Source of the DNA: Macrostomum lignano
Taxonomy: Eukaryota
DNA: 27,802 nucleotides
Assembly (NCBI GenBank): GCA_002269645.1
Contig: NIVC01005049.1
Span: forward strand, 1-27,802
Direction of reading: 5' to 3'
Below are positions 8,642 through 18,384 of the stretch, one piece after another. The notes beneath the pieces are model-generated. The model ran no database searches. It was not told the DNA's origin and saw only the letters and a program-made list of their open reading frames with translations. Position numbers and translations under genes: made by a program. Position 1 is the stretch's first letter; the number at the start of each line of letters is the position of its first letter.

Positions 8642-10012
8642 TCGGCTAACTACTCGGCCGGGCTGTCCGAATACTCGGACAAAGGCACTCTGGGCCTGCC
8701 CGAAACTCACGAGTCCCAAGCCGATTGGGAGTTGAAAGCTCGTCAGCTGGTGGACCTGATTCGACAGCCCGGAGCTCGAGTCGTTGTCCACACGGGAGCC
8801 GGCGTCAGCACCTCGGCCGGAATCCCGGATTTCCGCGGCCCCAACGGCGTCTGGACTCTAGAACGCGAAGGTCGAACAGTTGAAGCCGGGGCCAAGTTTG
8901 AAGAGGCTCAGCCAACACTTACTCACGCCGCTCTGGTTGCCTTGGAAACGGCCGGATTCGTTCACTACCTGGTGACGCAGAATGTTGACGGTTTGCACCT
9001 TCGGTCTGGATTTCCTCGCAATCGGTTGTCGATTTTGCATGGCGATATGTTTGTTGAGCGGTGCGCCCGGTGCGGCTTGCACCGGGCGAGAGACCAACCG
9101 GTGGAGACGGTCGGTCAGAAAGCCACCGGGAGGCGGTGCGGAGCTCCGGCTAGGCGAGGCAGAAAGAAATCCGTCAAAGCCGGTGGCGATGCTGGTGACA
9201 GTGTTGACGGCATCTGCGGCGGCCAGATGCTGGACACGGTGCTAGACTGGGAGCATCAGCTGCCTCAGGTAGATCTTCGTCGAGCTCGCGAGCATTCCAG
9301 TCGGGCTACCGTTAATCTGACTCTGGGCACCAGTTTGCAGATTGTTCCGGCCGCCGATCTGCCCACAATGGGCGGCAAATTAGTCATTATTAATCTGCAG
9401 CCTACAAAGAAAGATGCTCAGAGTTATCTGCGTATAAATGCTCGTTGCGATCTTGTCATGGCGTTGGTCTGTAGAGAACTGCTCGGCATTGATGCCGAAG
9501 AGATGCTGAGGCCGTTGCTTCGCCTGCAACCGTTGAGACTGTTTTCTAAGCATACGCGAAAGAGTGAACGGTTTCCATGGCGATTCGCCGAGTCTGATCA
9601 GAATCAAAAAATCGATAGAGAAGCTCAAAAAGAAGCTAAATGCGAGATTCCAAGTACAGAACGCACTTTGGAAAGTTCAAAATGCACTTCGGAAAGTGCA
9701 CATTGTACTTCGAAAAGTACAGAACGCACTTTGGAACGCATTTCTGAAAGTACAGAACGCACTTTGGAAAGTTCAAAATGCACTTCGGAAAGTGCACATT
9801 GTACTTCGGAAAGTACAGAGCGCACTTTGGAACGCATTTCTGAAAGTACAGAGCGCACTTTGGAAAGTGCTCAACGCACCTCGTCGGAGAGTTCAAATCA
9901 AAGTATCAAAATCAAAGATGAAGTTGTCACCGATATGAAAAAGAAACTTGAACATTCGAGCGCAGATGAGTCTAACTCTGCCACCGCGACTAAACGTTCA
10001 AAGCTTGCTTAG
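8642..10012 (+). CDS. SIRT6: NAD-dependent deacylase sirtuin-6, intronless; initiator Met not encoded in cis
   Basis: [21 protein letters not shown] matches the SIRT6 N-terminus (M)[45 protein letters not shown], catalytic LHG, four Zn Cys, LGTSLQI and INLQPT present; basic C-terminus KRSKLA. Confidence 0.95.
   Translation, partial: [456 protein letters not shown]
9653..9883 (+). repeat. Coding higher-order repeat in the SIRT6 tail: 96-bp period (starts 9653, 9749, 9845) built from 21-nt subunits
   Basis: [20 protein letters not shown](K/E)[11 protein letters not shown] x ~2.4; frame stays open. Confidence 0.9.
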
Positions 10013-10329
10013 CTTACATTTCTCTTGTACCGTTTGAACGTTCAAACATAGACATTTTCGCATTTATAAATATCGCTTGGTTTTGGTTTATTTATGTCTT
10101 GTACAAATACGTTCGTACCAGTATTTAACTTACAAACCAAGTAGTCTGTTAATCACTTACCAAATGCGTGTGTTTTTAGCTTTTCGTGCATGTCAATAGT
10201 GTTATACAAATCTATGCAATTATCAGTTTTCTCTATAAAAAATTGTTGTGTTATACGTATAAAATCTCCGATAGTTTTAAGCTGTTTCGGTTATTATTTT
10301 TCCTAGTTTTATTATATTTTAAAGTATAA

Positions 10330-10335
10330 AATAAA
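10330..10335 (+). terminator. Candidate AATAAA poly(A) signal for SIRT6
   Basis: First canonical hexamer after the stop, in AT-rich sequence. Confidence 0.4.
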
Positions 10336-10539
10336 ATGCCTACTATCCTACTTTAAGTAGCTTAAGTAGGAATAATTTGATACATTGCTACATTATTTTC
10401 ATTTTATGCCATGATATGATTTATTGCAGCTCAGTGAAACAGACTCACAACGTCGAAATCAATACAGATAGGACTCTAGGCCCCACTACCCTACATATAC
10501 AACACACAGATACATGTAGGGTACAAACATAGATACAAC

Positions 10540-12680
10540 ATACTAATATAGATACATCACATCATCTAGATACAATACAACACTACGCCATAGATACAGC
10601 ATCACCATCTAGATACAATACAACACTACGCCATAGATACAGCATCACCATCTAGATACAACACAACACTACGCCATAGATATAGCATCACCATCTAGAT
10701 ACAATACCACACTACGCCATAGATACAGCATCACCATCTAGATACAACACCACGCCATAGATACAGCATCACCATCTAGATACAATATAACATTACGCCA
10801 TAGATACAGCATCACCATCTAGATACAATATAACACTACGCCATAGATACAGCATCACCATCTAGATACAATATAACACTACGCCATAGATACAGCATCA
10901 CCATCTAGATACAACACCACGCCATAGATACAGCATCACCATCTAGATACAATATAACACCACGCCATAGATACAGCATCACCATCTAGATACAACACCA
11001 CGCCATAGATACAGCATCACCATCTAGATACAATATAACACCACGCCATAGATACAGCATCACCATCTAGATACAACACAACACTACGCCATAGATATAG
11101 CATCACCATCTAGATACAATACCACACTACGCCATAGATACAGCATCACCATCTAGATACAACACCACGCCATAGATACAGCATCACCATCTAGATACAA
11201 TATAACACTACGCCATAGATACAGCATCACCATCTAGATACAATACAACACTACGCCATAGATACAGCATCACCATCTAGATACAACACAACACTACGCC
11301 ATAGATACAGCATCACCATCTAGATACAATACCACACTACGCCATAGATACAGCATCACCATCTAGATACAACACCACGCCATAGATACAGCATCACCAT
11401 CTAGATACAATATAACACTACGCCATAGATACAGCATCACCATCTAGATACAATATAACACTACGCCATAGATACAGCATCACCATCTAGATACAATACA
11501 ACACTACGCCATAGATACAGCATCACCATCTAGATACAATATAACACTACGCCATAGATACAGCATCACCATCTAGATACAACACCACGCCATAAATACA
11601 GCATCACCATCTAGATACAATATAACACTACGCCATAGATACAGCATCACCATCTAGATACAATACAACACTACGCCATAGATACAGCATCACCATCTAG
11701 ATACAATATAACACTACGCCATAGATACAGCATCACCATCTAGATACAATACAACACTACGCCATAGATACAGCATCATCATCTAGATACAATATAACAC
11801 TACGCCATAGATACAGCATCACCATCTAGATACAACACCACGCCATAGATACAGCATCACCATCTAGATACAACACCACGCCATAGATACAGCATCACCA
11901 TCTAGATACAATACAACACCACGCCATAGATACAGCATCACCATCTAGATACAACACCACGCCATAGATACAGCATCACCATCTAGATACAACACCACGC
12001 CATAGATACAGCATCACCATCTAGATACAATATAACACTACGCCATAGATACAGCATCACCATCTAGATACAACACCACGCCATAGATACAGCATCACCA
12101 TCTAGATACAATATAACACTACGCCATAGATACAGCATCACCATCTAGATACAATACAACACTACGCCATAGATACAGCATCACCATCTAGATACAATAT
12201 AACACTACGCCATAGATACAGCATCACCATCTAGATACAATACAACACTACGCCATAGATACAGCATCATCATCTAGATACAATATAACACTACGCCATA
12301 GATACAGCATCACCATCTAGATACAACACCACGCCATAGATACAGCATCACCATCTAGATACAACACCACGCCATAGATACAGCATCACCATCTAGATAC
12401 AATACAACACCACGCCATAGATACAGCATCACCATCTAGATACAACACCACGCCATAGATACAGCATCACCATCTAGATACAATATAACACTACGCCATA
12501 GATACAGCATCACCATCTAAATACAATACCACACCATAGATACAGCATCACCATCTAGATACAACACCACACCATAGATACAGCATCACCATCTAGATAC
12601 AACACCACACTACGCCATAGATACAGCATCACCATCTAGATACAACACCACGCCATAAATACACCACCACCCCATAGATG
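10540..12680. repeat. 43/38-bp minisatellite TAGATACAGCATCACCATC+TAGATACAA(TATAACACT/CACC)ACGCCA, ~50 copies
   Basis: Unit read directly; two halves both start TAGATACA; ~491-bp block duplication near 11510-12476. Confidence 0.97.
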
Positions 12681-12853
12681 CAACACGAACCTAAAACCCT
12701 ATGCGTCACAGACTCGCAGATGTAAGAATATCGTACGTCTTAGGTACTTCTTAGGTACTCGTGCTTCTACTCTCGTCGTACAGAGCACGCCTTATTCACC
12801 TGTAACCCATCCAACCCATTATCTCATGCCAGTCAAGCAGCTCCAACAGACAA

Positions 12854-14797
12854 ATGGCATCCCCAGTCAAGAGCAGCAGCATGCTGCAGTCCATGAAGTC
12901 GCTCGGTACTAAAGCCGCAGCCGCAGCTCTTGACTGGCTAGGCTCAAACGAAGCAACCAATATTCTCAACGATTCCACGGCATCCATGGAATTCGAACTT
13001 CGCCTTGCCGAACGAGTGCTTGCCTCGATTGATTGGTCTAACTATGCTGCCAGAAGTGCCACCGTCTGGACAAAGCATCAGCGTCCGTTGCCTAGCGACG
13101 CCAAGAGTCCAGCTCGCCTAGCGGAAGCTCGTTCGGCCGGTCTGGAAGCCCTCGACTGCGGCCTGCTGCGTTTAGCGGCGCTGCGATTTTCTGAATGCAT
13201 CCGGCACGCCCAGCCAGGTAGCTCGGATCTTGCCGTGGCTTTCGCCAACCGTTCGCTGGTGTTCAAACGTCTCGGTTGCTATGCGGAAGCCATAGCCGAT
13301 GCTGAAGCGGCTCTACGGTTGCCGTATGGCGACGAGCGGGCCGGTAAGCTGACAGGTCGCATCGCTGACTGTCAGAAGAGAATGTCAGTGTCGAAATCCT
13401 CAAGTGTTTCCCAGCCAGCAGCAGCATCTCAATCGTTGTTGCGGGATTTTAATCCCCAGCTGCCGCACGCCAGCGCCAAGGTGCAGCTCGCTCTGGCAGA
13501 CGAAAGTCGCGGTCGCTGTCTTCTTACTCTTGAAGACGTCGATGTTGGAGACCTGTTGGTCTCTGAGCCGGCTTTTAGCGCCATTCTGCTGTCAAATCTT
13601 CGCGATAGTCACTGCTCAGCCTGCTTGGCACCTTGCCAACGGTTGCTGCCCTGTAGCGACTGCTCAGTTGTTGGCTTCTGCTCGGAGACTTGTCGGGATA
13701 ACGACCCGGTCCACAGGGTGGAATGCGGATGGCTGGCTGGATGGCTGGACTCGGCATTCAATGCGAGCATTGGTCGGCTCGCTTTTGCCACCGTGATCGC
13801 CGCTGGCGGTCCGGTTTCCGTTGCTCAGGCTGTTGCTAAGGCGAAGAATTTCAAAGATTTCGAATCGGTTTTCGGATCTGCTGGCGATTATCAATCGGTG
13901 CTGGCTTTGGTAGCTGGAGAACGACAGCGAGAGAGTCGCGATTTGGCTCAGCGAGTCGCCGTTGCCTGCCAGATGGCTCTGCTGCTCAGTGTTGAGTCTG
14001 AGTCAAATTCTCAGCTAGATGTAGCCGCCCCACTTGTTGCAGCACTGCTGCGCCATCTGATGCTGGTGCCGTGCAATGCTCACGATGTAACTGCATTGTC
14101 CGCTCCGCCGAGTAGGCTGACTACTAGTAGTAGTACTGACAATGGCAGTTCGGTAGATATTTCTGCCCTGACTATCAGAGACATTGGGTCGGCTGTGTAT
14201 CCTACGGCCAGTTTAATTAATCATTCTTGCGATCCGAATGTATCGCGAGTCACTTGTCCCGGTTTGAGACTGGAGATTCGAGCTCTCCGACCGATTGCTA
14301 AAGGCGAGGAGCTCCTTGACAACTACGGTTGGCATTGGGCTGTGCATCCGAAACAGCAGCGCCAAGAAAGTCTTGCAGCTCAGTATTTGTTCGACTGCGA
14401 CTGTGTTGCTTGCACCAATGAGTGGCCACTGTATGATGGCTTGTTGGCGTTGGAGCCTAGATGGATTGATGCGATTGCTAAGGACGATAAGAGCGAAGTC
14501 GAGGGTGCCGATAAAAACAATTTAGACGATGTTGCCAATTTTGTTGTCGATCCAACAATCAAAGCCGAGGTGGAATCAACTGTCGGGGTTGTAGCCGAGT
14601 TCGTGTCCTCATTCTCCACTTCCGCGCCACTCTTAGCTAACGAGCTGAACTCGCGTTTCGAGGCCCGACTGTTGTCGCTAATCCGCCTGCTGCAGCGTCG
14701 TGTCAGACGGCCGCATCGGTGGTTTAACGACGCCGAAGAGTGCGTCAAGATGGTGTGGAGCGCGCGGGGCTGCTTGGACACCGGCGGGACTGACTGA
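12854..14797 (+). CDS. SMYD4: SET and MYND domain lysine methyltransferase with N-terminal TPR-like region (SMYD4-like), intronless
   Basis: AVAFANRSLVF TPR motif; ADESRGRCL SET-N; MYND CSAC..CSDC..FCSETC..HRVEC; YPTASLINHSCDPN; LDNYG; post-SET YLFDCDCVAC; 647 aa. Confidence 0.88.
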   Translation: MASPVKSSSMLQSMKSLGTKAAAAALDWLGSNEATNILNDSTASMEFELRLAERVLASIDWSNYAARSATVWTKHQRPLPSDAKSPARLAEARSAGLEALDCGLLRLAALRFSECIRHAQPGSSDLAVAFANRSLVFKRLGCYAEAIADAEAALRLPYGDERAGKLTGRIADCQKRMSVSKSSSVSQPAAASQSLLRDFNPQLPHASAKVQLALADESRGRCLLTLEDVDVGDLLVSEPAFSAILLSNLRDSHCSACLAPCQRLLPCSDCSVVGFCSETCRDNDPVHRVECGWLAGWLDSAFNASIGRLAFATVIAAGGPVSVAQAVAKAKNFKDFESVFGSAGDYQSVLALVAGERQRESRDLAQRVAVACQMALLLSVESESNSQLDVAAPLVAALLRHLMLVPCNAHDVTALSAPPSRLTTSSSTDNGSSVDISALTIRDIGSAVYPTASLINHSCDPNVSRVTCPGLRLEIRALRPIAKGEELLDNYGWHWAVHPKQQRQESLAAQYLFDCDCVACTNEWPLYDGLLALEPRWIDAIAKDDKSEVEGADKNNLDDVANFVVDPTIKAEVESTVGVVAEFVSSFSTSAPLLANELNSRFEARLLSLIRLLQRRVRRPHRWFNDAEECVKMVWSARGCLDTGGTD

Positions 14798-15025
14798 ATG
14801 CTGGTTGTGATGGATTGACAATCAACTTCTATGCCATCTGTGCGTTTTTAATGCCATCTCAGCTAAAAGAATTGTTATTTGCAATGTCAGTAGTCCCTGT
14901 TCTGGTATTTGCATGAAGTCTTTATCCTATCATATCAGTATTATTGTTTGCAGTGAAACAACAGGTGTATGTGCATCGAATTTTTTATGACGCTCTTTTT
15001 CTATATTTTAGCTTTGGAATAAGTC

Positions 15026-15031
15026 AATAAA
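15026..15031 (+). terminator. Candidate AATAAA poly(A) signal for SMYD4-like
   Basis: Canonical hexamer ~230 nt after the stop. Confidence 0.45.
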
Positions 15032-16067
15032 ATCAATATTGTGTGCTCCGTTTTTTGGCCAGATTTTTTAATTGCATGATTCATGACTTATTAATACTTA
15101 GTTGCGAAATTTTGACACCGACAACTGATTATTCACCTTTATTACTTATTATATATTGCTACTAATATTGTACATCATTATTTATTTAGTAAGCATTTTA
15201 CCCCTGTTTTACCATCACTTTTTCAGCTTTTTCTACCTGTTATGCTACAAATATTTGGCTCCAAAAGAATTTGTGCCTTCTCTTTAATCTGGTTTAAGCA
15301 TGAATGCAAACATATCGAATTTTTTTAAAAATCACTAAGGGAGAGTTTTAGCATCAGTTGTTTTGCAAGCAGTTTTTATGGATAAATTTTACCGTGTGTA
15401 TTAATTTGTTAATTAATATTTGCTATGCTAAATAATATAAATTTTCGCAGATTGTCCCGAAGCTAACAAAAGCTTCCGAGTTGTGCAACTTGTTGGCGAA
15501 TTCATTCATTAAATTTTATTTAAAAAACTGGCAGTATGATTAAAAAATTGTGTAATTCTGTAGCTTTTCTTCAAGCTCACAGCCAGCTACTGACGGAAAT
15601 TCACTGAAGGCACAGCACTCATACACAGTTTTAAGAAAACAACCTTGATCATTTCTATGCAATCCTTGAGCCAGGCTCTTGGCAATTCTTGGCCAACAAA
15701 ACCAGCTCATTAAGTAGAATGCATGCCAGACTTTTGTTTATTTTGTGTAGGGAAAATATCCAGTTAGTCTAATTTATAAACAGGGCGTTTTTAGCAGGTT
15801 TTTAATCTTGTAAACTTGTTGTTTTTGTTGGAGAAGCACTTAGTTTTGTTTCGGCTTGCAGTCCGCTAGGGTGTTCGTTTTCATTCCTTGCGTTAGCCTA
15901 AATATAGTTGATAAGGTTGACATTATAATCAAATAAAATTCAACTTTTCGACACCTCAAACACAGAATATGGGCTGCTTAAACTTTACCAATTTTTATGG
16001 AGTTAGTTCACAGACTATAATTCGGAATATTAGTCACGTTTATGAAACCTTTTGTGATCTATTGGGG

Positions 16068-16550
16068 ATTGTGAACTATTCAAGATTGTGAACTATTCTG
16101 AATTGTGAACTATTGTATTTTTGTGAACTATTAGGGATTGTGAACTATTCGGGATTGTGAACTATTGGGGATTGTGAACTATTCGGGATTGTGAACTATT
16201 TGGGATTGTGAACTATTAGGGATGGTGAACTATTTGGGTTTGTAAACTATTGGGGATTGTCAACTATTGGGGATTGTGAACTATTGGGGATTGTGAACTA
16301 TTGGGGATTGTGAATTATTGGGGATTGTGAACTATTGGGGATTGTGAACTATTGGGGATTGTGAACTATTGGGGATTGTGAACTATTGGGGATTGTCAAC
16401 TATTGGGGATTGTGAACTATTGGGGATTGTGAACTATTCGTGATTGTGAACTATTCGTGATTGTGAACTATTGGGGATTGTGAACATTGTGGTTGTGAAC
16501 TATTGGGGATTGTGAACATTGTGGTTGTGAACTATTGAGGATTTTAAAAA
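16068..16550. repeat. 17-bp minisatellite (CTATTGGGGATTGTGAA)n, ~28 copies
   Basis: Unit read directly. Confidence 0.95.
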
Positions 16551-17039
16551 ACTTTGAGATTGTAAAACTTCGGGAATATAAAGCGCCCCACTTAGAAAAT
16601 GTTTTCAAAATTCCTACTGCAATATCCGTGTGCTATCCAGAAATGTTGCAACGCTTCTGCGGGACAATGAAGGTCGAGAATTATCTAAAATCCATCGTAT
16701 TAACCTGCTAATCAGCAGTTCAGCTACGCCCCCGTATCGTTGAGCACACAAGTTTTATAAATTATAGTATCTGTCCACATTAGTAATAGCATTAACGCCT
16801 GTATACTTTATGCGTTTTGTTTGCCTTTCTCACTGTGCTGGTGTTCAACTTGCCAGTGGCTACTAATATTCATAGTAATAATTCTTAGTGCTGGAACTTG
16901 AAAGTCTACTAACAAAAAGATACTGGGGCCACAGCACTAGGCCTATGTGTTATATGCTTAAAGTCCTGAATTGATGGCAGCTTTTATATGGCTAGTGAGC
17001 TTTCTGGCTCTGTTGGGGTGTTGGCTTCTCCTACATGAG

Positions 17040-17790
17040 TTCCTTATCTATGCATCTGCCTTCTAACTCTCACTTTCTATCCTCCCTTCATCTCTTCGGT
17101 TTCTCTCATCCCTCCCTTCATTTCCCTTTCCCTATTTCTCCCTTCATCTCTACCTTTAACCTTTCCTCTCTTCATCCCTCGTCTATCTCATTTCTCCCTC
17201 ATCTCCTCTACCAATTTCTGCCTTCATCTATCCCAATCCCTCTCCTCATCTCTCCCTTCATCTCCTTCTCTCCATATTTCTCCCTTCATCTCCCCCCTCT
17301 CCCCATCTTTCCCTTTATCTCTCCCTCTCCTTATTTCTCCCTATTTCTCCCTGCATCTTCTCTCTTCATTTCTCCCTTCATCTTCCCCTTTCCCCATTTC
17401 TTACTCCATCTCTCCCTTTATCTCTTTCTGTAACCTTTTCTCCCACCATCCCTCGTATATCTCATTTCTCCCTTCATCTCTTCCTCCCCATCTCTCCCTT
17501 CATCTCTCCCTCCCTATTTCCACCATCTCCTCTCCCCATCTCTCCCTTCATCTCTCCCTCCCTATTTCCACCATCTCCTCTCCCCATTTCTCCCTTCATC
17601 TCTCCCTCTCCTCATTTCTCCCTATTTCTCCCTGCATCTTCCCCTTTTCCCATTTCTTACTTCATCTCTCCCTTCATCTCTTTCTGTAACCTTTTCTCCC
17701 ATCATCCCTTGTCTATCTCATTTCTCCCTTCATCTCTTCCTCCCCATTTCTCCCTTCAGCTCCCCATCCTCCATTTCTCCCTTAATCTTT
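17040..17790. repeat. Degenerate polypyrimidine repeat (TCTCCCTTCATCTC-like) with an internal ~256-bp offset duplication
   Basis: Almost G-free C/T-rich tract; tttctgtaaccttttctccc at 17425 and 17681. Confidence 0.85.
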
Positions 17791-17874
17791 TATTCCCTCA
17801 TACATATATCATCCTCAAGAAGGTTAAGCATCTGCGCCAAGTGCCACTCCAAAGCCCGAGTGTGTGTACAGGAT

Positions 17875-17914
17875 ATTAACTGGATTCGTCCCACCGCTTT
17901 CATCTCAACCGCAG
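17875..17914 (+). promoter_or_regulatory. 3' splice acceptor (probable SL trans-splice site) directly preceding PMVK codon 2
   Basis: ttaac branch-like motif ... ctttcatctcaaccgcag|TCG GCC TCA; in-frame TAA at 17825-17827 and no in-frame ATG between it and the kinase motif. Confidence 0.72.
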
Positions 17915-18289
17915 TCGGCCTCAAACTGCAGTCCCAAGCCTCGCCAGCTGCTGCTGATCTCCGGCAAGCGCAAATCCGGCAAAGATCACGTGACCTCTCG
18001 AATATTAGCCGCCGCGGCTGAGCGCAACTTTCCTGCCGCTTGTGTTCGGGTCAGCCAGCCGCTGAAGGCGGAGTACGCCAGGCTGCACAAACTCGATGCA
18101 GACCGACTGGCGGATTCCACAGAGTACAAGGAGGCCTTCAGGGCTGACATGATCGCCTGGGGTGAGCGGCTGCGAGCTGCCGATCCTGGCTGCTTCTGCC
18201 GGCTGGCGGTGCAGATGGCGCAACCGCCTGCTGACGGGCTCTGGGTGGTGTCAGATGTACGCAGGCCTACCGATATCCAATACTTTCTG
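17915..18289 (+). CDS. PMVK: Phosphomevalonate kinase (animal type), coding exon 1; initiator Met not encoded in cis
   Basis: [16 protein letters not shown] P-loop, YKEAFRADMIAWGE, ADPGCFCR, WVVSDVRRPTDIQYF; donor CTG|gtgagg, phase 0. Confidence 0.93.
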
Positions 18290-18384
18290 GTGAGGGTATT
18301 GTCCTGACTGACTGTTTTTGAGTGTGTCTACGGTTTCTAGGGTTTGCTTTTTTCCAAAGTAGCGATTCTTTTCTTTGTAGCTAA

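Noticed and set aside
10540-12680. CRISPR-like look: constant ~28-nt repeat with variable short spacers
   Set aside because: Spacers are a few recurring 10-15 nt variants, there are no cas genes, and the context is an intron-containing eukaryote; it is a minisatellite
8858-14781. Antisense and alternate-frame ORFs over SIRT6 and SMYD4
   Set aside because: Shadows of GC-rich coding sequence with no independent motifs
15066-15078. TTTTTAATTGCATG resembling the 3' end of a flatworm SL
   Set aside because: Not followed by a GT donor and no Sm site or SL RNA structure seen
15550-15715. Short - strand frame with PSVAGCE, faintly like a hAT transposase C-terminal motif
   Set aside because: Only a few residues match, with stops nearby; not supportable without a Dfam search
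15781-16735. Possible MITE: TTAGCAGGTT (15791) / AACCTGCTAA (16702) inverted match with GGGCGT/ACGCCC
   Set aside because: About one 10-bp inverted match is expected by chance in 1 kb; arms are discontinuous and no target-site duplication was found
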